Positions 29,667 to 38,665 of a stretch of DNA of 64,000 nt are shown piece after piece. Source of the DNA: Prevotellaceae bacterium UBA711 (GTDB taxonomy: Bacteria > Bacteroidota > Bacteroidia > Bacteroidales > Bacteroidaceae); contig DBLZ01000042.1 of the NCBI GenBank assembly GCA_002297545.1, positions 2,374 through 66,373 on the forward strand, in the 5' to 3' direction. Positions within the stretch are counted from its first letter, which is position 1. The number at the start of each line of letters is the position of its first letter. Below the pieces are notes generated by a model. It made no database searches. It saw nothing but the letters and a program-made list of their open reading frames with translations, and was not told the origin of the DNA. The position numbers and the translations under genes were made by a program.

Positions 29667-30605
29667 TCAAATCTCACACTCCATGCCATACTCGGCCTTG
29701 TACAGACGCTTGTATTCGTCAGGCTGCTTCTCACGCAACTCAGGTAGCTTGTCCGACGGCACTTCGCTCAACTTTTGGTATGTCATCGGGGCACCGGTGG
29801 GCAGACCACCGTGATGGCCAAGTGTCTGGCTGAGCTTCATCTGGGGGGACATGGCGGCAAAGACCTTCTGCAATTCGTCACTGCCGACTTTCTTTCCAAG
29901 CTCAATGAACTGCTCCTTCTTGTCAGGTGAGATGCGCTTCTCTCCTATGGCAGCCTCCACCGTCTTGGTGATGGCTGCAAGGGTAAGGGTCTCCTTGTCC
30001 TTCTTCAGGCCCTCGTTCTCCGCCTTAGCGGTCTTCAACTGTTCGATGGCGGTCTCAATGGCCGCCTCGTCGGCCGTTTCCGGCAGGCCTAACTGTAAGG
30101 CCAGTTTCTTCTGTTCCATTTCTTTGTAATTGTTTTGGTTGGTATTCAATAGAGGCAAAGGGCACTCTCCGTCCTTGCCGAGGGTAATGCGTTGTCCATC
30201 TTTATGCAATACGATAGCATCGTCATTGGCACCTATGTCCACCAGCGAGACCTCAAAGAGCTTGCTCTTGGTGATAGTGGGACGCGTCTGGCCCTGAACA
30301 AGATGCTGCGGCTCATCACTCAGCTCCAATATGTCAAGTCCGACACTTACCATGCGGAGGCTGCCAAATTCGTACTGTTTCTTGCAGCGTATTGACAGTT
30401 CTGAGGCTTCATCAAACATTGGTTCACCCGTCACCTCGTCATTCTCCACCTTTAGGTCTTTTACATAACCTATGACGTTCCCACGCTCATGCTGATACAA
30501 TAATACGGGATTACGGCAATACTGCTCCACATTCATGCCTGATGTCAATGCACGTGTACCATAGCTATTCAGGCTGTCGTTACTGATTCTTACTCTCTTT
30601 CCCAT
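29667..30605 (-). CDS. prohead protease fused to a scaffold-like coiled coil (Mu gpI/Z-like arrangement)
   Basis: The N-terminal ~150 aa have the HK97-type S78 protease pattern (..LYQHERGNVIGY.., FEVSLVDIGANDDA). The C-terminal half is a coiled coil. Confidence 0.7.
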   Translation of the reverse strand: MGKRVRISNDSLNSYGTRALTSGMNVEQYCRNPVLLYQHERGNVIGYVKDLKVENDEVTGEPMFDEASELSIRCKKQYEFGSLRMVSVGLDILELSDEPQHLVQGQTRPTITKSKLFEVSLVDIGANDDAIVLHKDGQRITLGKDGECPLPLLNTNQNNYKEMEQKKLALQLGLPETADEAAIETAIEQLKTAKAENEGLKKDKETLTLAAITKTVEAAIGEKRISPDKKEQFIELGKKVGSDELQKVFAAMSPQMKLSQTLGHHGGLPTGAPMTYQKLSEVPSDKLPELREKQPDEYKRLYKAEYGMECEI

Positions 30606-30800
30606 TATCTATATATGATTAGAACATTATTGGAATGGCGTTTTGAGGCCTTTCGCACTGCAAGTTTACGGACTTATTTTCACCTGCCGAAATAAGTATG
30701 AAACGCTTGCACACAAGTGTGAAGCCGCTGCAGCATTATTTGTCATGTCCAGTAAAAAACCGCAACTTTGCAAGTGGATTTCAACTTATTACATCTTTTT

Positions 30801-31265
30801 ATGACAAAGGCTGAGAACGAAAAAAGAAAATCACTGGCCAGGTCTCTTTACATGGCCGGTATGGAACAGACCGAGATTGCAGAGAAGGTGGACGTATCAC
30901 GTGTCACCATATCCAAATGGTGCAATACCGAGGGATGGAAGGAGGCGCGTGCGGCAAAGAACGTGACACGTCCGGAACTGGTAAACAAGCTGCTGCTTAC
31001 AATCGACACGCTGATTACACAGGTGAACGCATCGGAAGACCCTACACTGATTGCCGGACTTGGTGACAAGCTGGCCAAACTGTCTGCCGTCATTGACAAA
31101 CTGGACAAGAAGGCGAATGTGGTAGATGCCATCGAGGTATTCATGGCTTTCTCCAAGTGGATAGAATTCCGTTCTACCATAGACCCGGAGGTAACGCCGG
31201 AACTTATCAAGGCTATCAACAAGTACCAGGACATGTATATCACAGAACAAATGGGTATAAAGTAA
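30801..31265 (+). CDS. HTH protein, putative terminase small subunit
   Basis: ATG at 30801. HTH MEQTEIAEKVDVSRVTISKW. The stop lies 1 nt before the large terminase ATG. Confidence 0.5.
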   Translation: MTKAENEKRKSLARSLYMAGMEQTEIAEKVDVSRVTISKWCNTEGWKEARAAKNVTRPELVNKLLLTIDTLITQVNASEDPTLIAGLGDKLAKLSAVIDKLDKKANVVDAIEVFMAFSKWIEFRSTIDPEVTPELIKAINKYQDMYITEQMGIK

Positions 31266-31266
31266 C

Positions 31267-32823
31267 ATGGCAACACTGGCAGAAAAAAAACAGGCATACG
31301 AGGAATGGCGCGAACATTGTAAACGGGTTCAGTCCATCACCGACACAGCATTGCTGGCAAACGAGACACCGGCAGAGCGTGACCGCCGTATTGCCCGACT
31401 GCAATCCAACTATGCTGCCTTCTGCGAGTATTACTTCCCGCACTTCCTCACCCTGCGAGATAAGAGCACCGGCGAGGTCATACGTACCATTCACAATGCT
31501 CCTTTTCACAACGAAGCGGCACGAAAAATACGTTCTACACCTGACCTCAAGGCGGTATTCATGTGGCCGCGTGGACACGCCAAATCCACCCACATGGACA
31601 TCTTCGTTCCTCTATGGCTCATGTTCCAGCCCAAGAGGCTCATCAACTTCATGGTGGTGGTCGGCAAGAGCGAGGATAGTGCCAAGCGTCTGCTGGGCGA
31701 CATCCAAGCAGAACTGGAGTACAACCAGCGCCTCATTGCCGACTTCGGAAAGCAGAAGGGCAGCGCGTCGTGGCAGGAAGGAGAGTTCAAGGCAGCAAAC
31801 GGGGTAAAATTCCTTGCCTGCGGTCGTGGACAGTCACCCCGTGGCCTGCGCGACCGCGAAGCACGACCCGACTACATCGTCATTGACGACCTCGACGACG
31901 ATGAACTTTGCCGCAACGATAAACGCGTGCGTGAACTGACGGACTGGGTCAAGGAGGCTCTCTTCGGTTCACTTGATGTAGGCCGTGGACGTTTCATTAT
32001 GGTGGGAAATCTCATCAGCAAGACATCCGTATTGGCCAACATTTCAAAGGCAAAAGGCGTGTTTCTCTCCGAGGTCAAGGCGGTGGACAAAAATGGCGAA
32101 CCCGTGTGGCGCGAGAAGTGGACCAGGGAGGAAGCCGAAGCCTACCGCGACTTCGTGGGATACCGCGCATGGCAGAAGGAGATGATGCACAATCCCATAG
32201 TCAGCGGCACCATATTCCACGCCGAATGGATACAGTGGCGCAAGGTACTGCCACTGCGCGACTATGTGAAGCTCATCTGCTACACCGACCCATCGTTCAA
32301 GGCACGTAAGAATGACTACAAGGCTTCCGTTCTGCTGGGCAAACGCCGCGACGGCAGCATCGATGTTATCAGAGCCATGTGCCGACAATGCTCCGTGACC
32401 GAGATGGTGCGCTGGCAATACAACCTCTACGACGAGAACCCGGATGCAGCAATCCTCTACATGATGGAGGCCATCTTCGCTCAAGACATCCTACTCGACG
32501 ACTTCGAGTCTGAGGGGAAGACACGGGGCTATCAGTTGCCGCTCACGCCCGACTTCCGACAGAAGCCCGACAAACTGGCACGCATAGAATCCATATCCCC
32601 CCTGTGGGAACGTGGCTTCGTATGGTACAACGAGAAATACAAGGACACCCCAGACATGCAGACGCTCATTGAACAGACACTGGCACTGGAGCGCGGAGGT
32701 ACCGCACACGACGATGGCCCGGACGCTTGTGAGGGAGGCATGTACTACCTACAGCGCGACACCAGGCAAAAAAACAACAAACCCATATTCGGCAAAAGGC
32801 CGAGTCCCAAAAACGGATGGTAG
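31267..32823 (+). CDS. terminase large subunit
   Basis: 518 aa. ATPase motifs (WPRGHAKST, YIVIDDLDDDE) followed by an RNaseH-like nuclease half. Sits upstream of the portal gene. Confidence 0.8.
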   Translation: MATLAEKKQAYEEWREHCKRVQSITDTALLANETPAERDRRIARLQSNYAAFCEYYFPHFLTLRDKSTGEVIRTIHNAPFHNEAARKIRSTPDLKAVFMWPRGHAKSTHMDIFVPLWLMFQPKRLINFMVVVGKSEDSAKRLLGDIQAELEYNQRLIADFGKQKGSASWQEGEFKAANGVKFLACGRGQSPRGLRDREARPDYIVIDDLDDDELCRNDKRVRELTDWVKEALFGSLDVGRGRFIMVGNLISKTSVLANISKAKGVFLSEVKAVDKNGEPVWREKWTREEAEAYRDFVGYRAWQKEMMHNPIVSGTIFHAEWIQWRKVLPLRDYVKLICYTDPSFKARKNDYKASVLLGKRRDGSIDVIRAMCRQCSVTEMVRWQYNLYDENPDAAILYMMEAIFAQDILLDDFESEGKTRGYQLPLTPDFRQKPDKLARIESISPLWERGFVWYNEKYKDTPDMQTLIEQTLALERGGTAHDDGPDACEGGMYYLQRDTRQKNNKPIFGKRPSPKNGW

Positions 32824-32824
32824 C

Positions 32825-33055
32825 ATGATACAACTGATAAAAAAAATCATTTTCGCTTGGAAATACAAGCGTGCCGTAAAAAAGGCGAACAATCTGTCCA
32901 AGCTCACTGGCTTGCGCTATTTTGTAATTTACATGAACGGTAGCCTGAAGGTCGTGCCTAAAATGGTTATCAAGGAAATGGTAAACAGACATCGCTTCCG
33001 TAAGGGTGTGAGAATGGCCGACATTGAAAAGCGGGCACTATTTGTGACCAAATAA
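32825..33055 (+). CDS. small basic hypothetical protein
   Basis: The ATG at 32825 follows the terminase stop. 76 aa. No motif recognised. Confidence 0.35.
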   Translation: MIQLIKKIIFAWKYKRAVKKANNLSKLTGLRYFVIYMNGSLKVVPKMVIKEMVNRHRFRKGVRMADIEKRALFVTK

Positions 33056-33070
33056 AGAAGGAGGTGGACC

Positions 33071-33490
33071 ATGTTTATCACAGAAGAGGATTATAAAGTT
33101 GTAATCGGTGACACTGCCTTAAAGGTCATCTCCCAGGTCAGTGCAGAGAACAGGGCTAACGCCGAGGCGGAGGCACAGGAAGAAATAGCAGGGTACTTGC
33201 GCCCAAAGTACGACTGTAATGCCATATTTGCGACTGAGGGTGCGGAACGTAACAGGCTGGTGGTGATGTACACATGCGACATTGCCCTCTACCACATGAG
33301 TGCCGCACAGCCGCAGAAAATGGGTAGCGAGGTAAGAGAGGAGCGGTACAAACGTGCTATCCAATGGCTGGAAGGGGTACAGGCAGGCAAGATTATACCA
33401 GACCTGCCTTTGGCAGTGGACGAGGATGGCAACAATACCGGGAATACATTTTTATATGCGTCACAGCATCAACTTAGACATAACTGGTAA
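33071..33490 (+). CDS. DUF1320/Mu gp36-like head-tail adaptor candidate
   Basis: 139 aa. Pattern ..AEEEIAGYLRPKYD..YHM..ERYKRAIQWLEGVQAGKI resembles the gp36 family. Confidence 0.45.
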   Translation: MFITEEDYKVVIGDTALKVISQVSAENRANAEAEAQEEIAGYLRPKYDCNAIFATEGAERNRLVVMYTCDIALYHMSAAQPQKMGSEVREERYKRAIQWLEGVQAGKIIPDLPLAVDEDGNNTGNTFLYASQHQLRHNW

Positions 33491-33496
33491 TATAAT

Positions 33497-34801
33497 ATGG
33501 GGATAAAGGATTTCTTTCACGGAATAACAGGCAAGCCTAACAATGTGCTGCACACTCCTTTTGGGGATTTCACCATGGCCAAGGGTGATCGCAAACGTGC
33601 GCAGAAGATGGTCATTGAACTGCAAAGGGCTACGGATGCCCTTACCCGTCAGGACATGCAGGACTGGCGCAACGCATGGCAGAGAGCCATCAATGTGGAC
33701 AGCCCGAACCGTCAATGTCTATACGACATCTACCGGGACGCGTTGGTGGACCTGCACTTGTCTGGATGTATAGACCAACGCATGGGATTTGTCATGTCGC
33801 GCACGTTCAAGTTAGTGGATGCTTCCGGCAATGAGGACGAAAAAACTCTGCACTATTTTGAGCAGGCATGGTTCAAACAGCTGCTCAAACTGTCACTGGA
33901 TTCAGTCTATTGGGGACATTCGCTCATAGAACTGGGAGACATCACCACCGATGGGGACGGATGCATCTGTTACGATGGTGTCAAGCTGATACCTCGTAAG
34001 CATGTAATCCCGGAATATGGACGTGTCATTTCGGATTTGGGACAGGATTGGACAACAGGGGTGGAATACCGCCAGCCTCCATTCTCGGACTGGCTCATAG
34101 AGGCCGGACAACCCGATGACCTCGGCAAACTGCTCAAGGCGGCGACACAGACCATTCCCAAAAAGAACATGCTCGCCTTCTGGGACACATTCGGTGAGAT
34201 ATTCGGGATGCCGATGCGTATAGCACGCACCACATCGCGCGATGAGAAAGAGCAAAACAGACTGCTGGACATGCTCAACAATTCTGGCAACAAGCTCTCA
34301 ATGGTAGCGCCCATGGATACGGAGATACAGTTCGTGGAGTCCGGCAAGAGTGATGCCTACAATGTATATGACAAACGCATAGACCGCTCCAACTCGGAAC
34401 TGTCCAAACTCATCATCGGGCAGACCATGACCATCGAGGACGGTTCCAGTCTGTCGCAGTCACAGACACATCTGGAAGTGTTCGAGAACCTGGTGGAGAG
34501 CGACCGCGACATGCTGCGCGACATAGTAAACAATCAGCTCATCCCACGTATGGTGAAGCATGGTTTCCCTGTCAAGGGGCTGCGTTTCGAGTGGGACGAT
34601 GCTGTGGACTACACGCCGGAACAGCAGGTAGCCTACGAGACAATGATTGCGGACAGGTACGAGGTAGACCCTCAGTATTTCGCGGAGAAATACAGCATGC
34701 CGGTGGGCGAACGCAGACAGGCTGCCATGCCTATGCCCACAGGCAACAAGGAAGAGGAGAAGAATACCAAGCAGAAGACCCAAAGGCCTTTTTTCGACTG
34801 A
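33497..34801 (+). CDS. portal protein (Mu gp29/DUF935-like)
   Basis: 434 aa, between terminase and MuF as in Mu. Family assignment rests on gene order and general sequence similarity. Confidence 0.7.
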   Translation: MGIKDFFHGITGKPNNVLHTPFGDFTMAKGDRKRAQKMVIELQRATDALTRQDMQDWRNAWQRAINVDSPNRQCLYDIYRDALVDLHLSGCIDQRMGFVMSRTFKLVDASGNEDEKTLHYFEQAWFKQLLKLSLDSVYWGHSLIELGDITTDGDGCICYDGVKLIPRKHVIPEYGRVISDLGQDWTTGVEYRQPPFSDWLIEAGQPDDLGKLLKAATQTIPKKNMLAFWDTFGEIFGMPMRIARTTSRDEKEQNRLLDMLNNSGNKLSMVAPMDTEIQFVESGKSDAYNVYDKRIDRSNSELSKLIIGQTMTIEDGSSLSQSQTHLEVFENLVESDRDMLRDIVNNQLIPRMVKHGFPVKGLRFEWDDAVDYTPEQQVAYETMIADRYEVDPQYFAEKYSMPVGERRQAAMPMPTGNKEEEKNTKQKTQRPFFD

Positions 34802-34890
34802 GCCCCACGGACTATGTGGGGCTGCACCATAGGTATGCAAGCCTGTTGAAGGGAGTGCAAGACACACTGAATGCCGGACGCGAAGAGGAA

Positions 34891-36192
34891 ATGGCCCAAC
34901 TGCGTGCACAAATCTCGCATGCCTTCGATGGCATGATGCAGGCTCTATACTCACAGAAGGGGGCACAATTCAACATCTCCATCCTGGAGACACCAAAGGT
35001 ACAGGAGTTTATCGAAACACACAGCTCCGCCCTTGACTCGTCATTCCAACAGATAGAAATGTCCAACACTATGCGCGACAGGCTACAGCGTTCCGACTAC
35101 ATCTTCTCCGGCATGAAGGCCTTTCATGAGCTTAACGAGGCATTCCCTTCCCTATTGGATGAGAACGGCAATAGAAAACCGTTCGAACGGTTCCTGAACG
35201 ATGTACGGAAGATTGACAGCACGTACAACGCCAACTACCTCCGGGCCGAATACAACTTCGTACACGCCTCTGCAGAGATGGCTGCCAAATGGGAGGAGTA
35301 CATGGAGGACGGCGACCGCTACAACCTGCAGTACCGCACCGCCGCAGATGACCATGTGCGCCCGGAGCATGCCGCGCTGCACGGGGTGACGCTGCCTCCT
35401 TCGGACCCGTTCTGGGAGGTATACTATCCGCCAAACGGTTGGGGCTGCAGATGTGACGTGGTGCAGGTGCGCAAGTCCAAGTACCAGGTGACCGGGCATG
35501 ACGAGGCGATGAAGCTCGGGGAACAGGCTACAAGCAGGGACAAGAAAGGCATCTTCCGCTTCAACTCCGGCAAGCAGGGGAAGACCGTGCCGGACTACAA
35601 TCCGTACACCATCAGCCGGTGCCGGAACTGCGATATTGCCAAAGGGAAACTGAAACTGGCATTCGTGCCGGAGAATGAGTTGTGCGAGGCATGCCAGCTC
35701 ATCCGCCAATGCGAGCGGCTCCGTAGCGAAATCATCAAGCATGGCAAAGGGACTATCGAAATAAGCCACCACGTCAACCGGGAGGACAACGATTTTGAGC
35801 GTCTCATGCAGGTGGCACAGTTCTTCGCCAAGGATGGTGCAAAAGTAGTCCTTACGCCTAAAATGTCACGTCCGCCCAAGTTTGACTATGACTGCGTGTA
35901 TGGATCGCTCAAGGATACACCTTATTATGGAAAATGCCCTGACCTCAAAATTGGGGAGTTTTGGTATGAGCACGAGGGGTTTGTTACCTCAAATCCCAAG
36001 CGTGCATTCTCTAATATGCTTGGCCATGGACTTAAACAGTCTGACAGGGTGATTATTGATAAGCCCGACTTGACCGATGCCTACATGAAACGTATCATCG
36101 CGCAAAGAATCATTGATGGCCAACACATCACAGAAGTATGGGTGAAAGAAGGCAATAAACTAAGATGCCTATATAAAAAGTCAGAGGAGTGA
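34891..36192 (+). CDS. MuF-like minor head protein fused to a C-terminal nuclease-toxin-like domain
   Basis: Phage_Mu_F signature DDHVRPEHAALHGV...PPNGWGCRCDV. The additional ~230 aa C-terminal region ends in ..CPDLKIGEFWYEHEGF..KQSDRVIIDKPDL... An upstream GTG at 34816 is an alternative start. Confidence 0.8.
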   Translation: MAQLRAQISHAFDGMMQALYSQKGAQFNISILETPKVQEFIETHSSALDSSFQQIEMSNTMRDRLQRSDYIFSGMKAFHELNEAFPSLLDENGNRKPFERFLNDVRKIDSTYNANYLRAEYNFVHASAEMAAKWEEYMEDGDRYNLQYRTAADDHVRPEHAALHGVTLPPSDPFWEVYYPPNGWGCRCDVVQVRKSKYQVTGHDEAMKLGEQATSRDKKGIFRFNSGKQGKTVPDYNPYTISRCRNCDIAKGKLKLAFVPENELCEACQLIRQCERLRSEIIKHGKGTIEISHHVNREDNDFERLMQVAQFFAKDGAKVVLTPKMSRPPKFDYDCVYGSLKDTPYYGKCPDLKIGEFWYEHEGFVTSNPKRAFSNMLGHGLKQSDRVIIDKPDLTDAYMKRIIAQRIIDGQHITEVWVKEGNKLRCLYKKSEE

Positions 36193-36334
36193 TTGCTCAC
36201 TCCTCCTTCTGCAACGAGTCGGTAGTCATTAGCTACGGAATCGTTGATGCAAATATACGAACTTATTTTCGAATAACATCATTATGAAGCGAAAAAAAGA
36301 CACACTGAAAGAAAAAGAGTATGCCGGGTACGTG

Positions 36335-36673
36335 TTATCCGTATATCTGGCAAATGAGTGCTACCAAAGAGAGCAAGAGACCCAACAGACTGCAAACAGC
36401 AGCTATAATGGTACTATACGCCAGGCGACGCTCGCGTCTGTCCTTGCCGACAAAGCCGCCGTCACGCAGCATCGCCTTACCGCGATAGGTTATCTCATAA
36501 TAATCTTCAAACTCTTTCAGGTAGCCTTCCTCCGTAAGAAAATCAATGGCACACAGCCAGTCTTTAGGGGCTTTTTCGTCGTCCAATAATAAATTGGATG
36601 GTATCCTGCCCGTCTGTACGCCATTAAACATCCCCAAAACTTCATCAAGACGTATGCTGTCAAACCAATCCAT
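36335..36673 (-). CDS. tail-anchored hypothetical protein (only minus-strand gene in the plus-strand block)
   Basis: Start taken at the internal ATG 36673 (MDWFDSIRL..). C-terminal TM AYSTIIAAVCSLLGLLLSLVALI. Confidence 0.4.
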   Translation of the reverse strand: MDWFDSIRLDEVLGMFNGVQTGRIPSNLLLDDEKAPKDWLCAIDFLTEEGYLKEFEDYYEITYRGKAMLRDGGFVGKDRRERRLAYSTIIAAVCSLLGLLLSLVALICQIYG

Positions 36674-36745
36674 ATCCTTTTTTGGCTGCAAAGATAGCGA
36701 AAACCAAGCAGTAACTGACCAAACATTTATCAAAACAACAACGCT

Positions 36746-36979
36746 ATGAACAAAATTATCACCTTTCTCAAACAAAGTAACCGCTACAAGCACCTCATCG
36801 GTGGTCTGCTGGTCGGCATCGTGGCTCTCAATCCGTGGACGGCCATGTATTCATCCCTGATAGCAGCATCATGCCTTGAGCTAAAGGACAAGCTCAAAGG
36901 ATGCTACTGGGATTGGGTAGACTGGCTGATGACAATCATCGGCGGATTGATTTCCACCATTATTTGGTGCCTTGTATGA
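36746..36979 (+). CDS. small two-TM membrane protein (holin-like size)
   Basis: 77 aa with two hydrophobic helices. Immediately upstream of the DGR TR. Confidence 0.4.
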   Translation: MNKIITFLKQSNRYKHLIGGLLVGIVALNPWTAMYSSLIAASCLELKDKLKGCYWDWVDWLMTIIGGLISTIIWCLV

Positions 36980-37009
36980 TTTCTTACCTGTAAACAGCCA
37001 TTTATTCCG

Positions 37010-37017
37010 TAACTTTG
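37010..37017 (+). promoter_or_regulatory. Bacteroides-type -7 promoter element (TAACTTTG) upstream of TR-RT
   Basis: Matches the TAnnTTTG consensus, 27 nt upstream of the TR homology. Confidence 0.4.
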
Positions 37018-37043
37018 CACCCCGAACGGTGGAGTTCCCCATA

Positions 37044-37156
37044 GCCCGTGTGGTCTATCGTGGCAACAACAACGCGAACCCGAATGGCGGTGTGTCGTAC
37101 GCGAATGCGAATAACGATGCGTCGAATGCGAACACGAATGTCGGGTCGCGTCTCGC
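37044..37156 (+). repeat. DGR template repeat (TR)
   Basis: Adenine-rich AAC/AAT codon run (..GNNNANPNGGVSYANANNDASNANTN..), homologous to the VR at 10794-10906, ends in gggtcgcgtctcgc. Lies 208 nt upstream of the RT. Confidence 0.8.
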
Positions 37157-37363
37157 AAACAGCAAATTACTAAATCGGCGTACAACACCGGGGACGTGTC
37201 CCCACAGTGGTGCCGAGGGGAACAAACCACAGCAACAGCAGCCTCATGGCTGGAAAGCTGAAAAACTAACAGGATGAGCAGGGTTTGGTAGGTCGCCACC
37301 AGGCGATTCGAAGAAGCCGGGCTCAAGAATTGAAGGCTCATAGCCTCATTACACTTAACACCA

Positions 37364-38665
37364 ATGCGCAGAGAAGGCCATATCATAGAGGAAATAGTGG
37401 ACTACGCCAATATGGCGGAGGCCTTCAAACAGGTGCTACGCGGCAAAAAGCGAAAACTATCGCGTCAAGGACGGAACATGCTTGCACATAAGGAGGATGT
37501 CATCGCGGAACTGTCCGCACAAATTGCCGAAGGCACATTCATGATCAGCGGTTATCGGGAAAGAACTATCACGGAGGGAGGAAAGCTCCGCCGCATACAA
37601 GTTCTCACCATGAAAGACCGCATCGCCGTACACGCCATCATGGCGATAGTGGACAGGCATCTGCGCAAACGTTTCATACGCACCACCTCCGCCAGCATCA
37701 AGAACCGGGGGATGCACGACCTACTGGACTACATCTGCAGGGACATGGAGCAAGACCCTAAAGGAACAAGGTTCTGCTACAAGTTCGACATCTCCAAGTT
37801 CTATGAGAGTACCGGGCAGGATTTCGTGATGTATTGTGTCCGAAGGGTATTCAAGGACAAAAAGCTCATCTCCATGCTGGACGGTTTCGTTCACATGATG
37901 CCGCAGGGGCTCAGCATCGGGTTGCGTTCCTCCCAGGGACTGGGCAACCTGCTCTTGTCTGTGTATCTGGACCATTACCTCAAGGACAAGTACGGCATAC
38001 GCTATTTCTACCGCTATTGTGATGACGGTGTCGTGCTTTGTGAAACGAAAGCGGAACTGTGGACAATTCGTGACATCATCCATTCTCTGGTGGAACAGAT
38101 AGACCTCAAGGTGAAAGCCAACGAGCGTGTGTTCCCTGTAACCGAGGGTATCGACTTTCTGGGATATGTCATCTATCCCGACCATGTGCGTCTGCGTAAG
38201 CGCATAAAGCAGAAATTCGCCCGCAAGATGCACGATGTGAAGAGCAGGAAAAGACGGCGTGTATTGACAGCAAGTTTCTACGGAATGGCAAAACATGCCG
38301 ACTGTATAATGTTGTTTCATAAATTAACAGGCAAACAAATGAAATCCTTTAAAGATTTGAATGTCGCTTACAAGCCGGAAGACGGCAAGAAGCGGTTTGC
38401 GGGTGCGGTGGTGAGCATCCGCGAGTTGGTAAACCTCCCCATCGTGGTCAAGGACTTCGAGACGGGTGTCAAAACAAGCCAGGGCGAAGACCGCTGCGTA
38501 GTGGCCATCGAAGTATCGGGTGAGCCAAAGAAATTCTTTACCAACTCGGAGGAAATGAAGAACATCCTCCAGCAAGTGAGTGAAGTGCCGGACGGTTTTC
38601 CCTTTGAAACCACCATCAAGTCGGAAACATTCGGCAAGGGTCGAACAAAATACATTTTCACATGA
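37364..38665 (+). CDS. DGR-type reverse transcriptase with a ~100-aa C-terminal extension
   Basis: 433 aa. Motif A FDISKFYES, IGLRSSQ (aa 185-191, the IGxxxSQ signature) and YCDD (aa 218-221, nt 38015-38026). Confidence 0.9.
   Translation: MRREGHIIEEIVDYANMAEAFKQVLRGKKRKLSRQGRNMLAHKEDVIAELSAQIAEGTFMISGYRERTITEGGKLRRIQVLTMKDRIAVHAIMAIVDRHLRKRFIRTTSASIKNRGMHDLLDYICRDMEQDPKGTRFCYKFDISKFYESTGQDFVMYCVRRVFKDKKLISMLDGFVHMMPQGLSIGLRSSQGLGNLLLSVYLDHYLKDKYGIRYFYRYCDDGVVLCETKAELWTIRDIIHSLVEQIDLKVKANERVFPVTEGIDFLGYVIYPDHVRLRKRIKQKFARKMHDVKSRKRRRVLTASFYGMAKHADCIMLFHKLTGKQMKSFKDLNVAYKPEDGKKRFAGAVVSIRELVNLPIVVKDFETGVKTSQGEDRCVVAIEVSGEPKKFFTNSEEMKNILQQVSEVPDGFPFETTIKSETFGKGRTKYIFT

Noticed and set aside
36972-37277. 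101-aa ORF spanning the TR (MYDFLPVNSHLF...NNNANPNGGVSYANANNDASNANTN...)
   Set aside because: The open frame is a by-product of the TR copying the VR reading frame. There is no start context or independent coding signal. Treated as TR/noncoding DGR RNA.
37364-38665. The RT as a retron or group II intron maturase
   Set aside because: It has the IGxxxSQ motif and a cognate TR/VR pair. There is no msr/msd-like inverted repeats directly upstream, no intron RNA domains, and no X/En domains. DGR is the better explanation.
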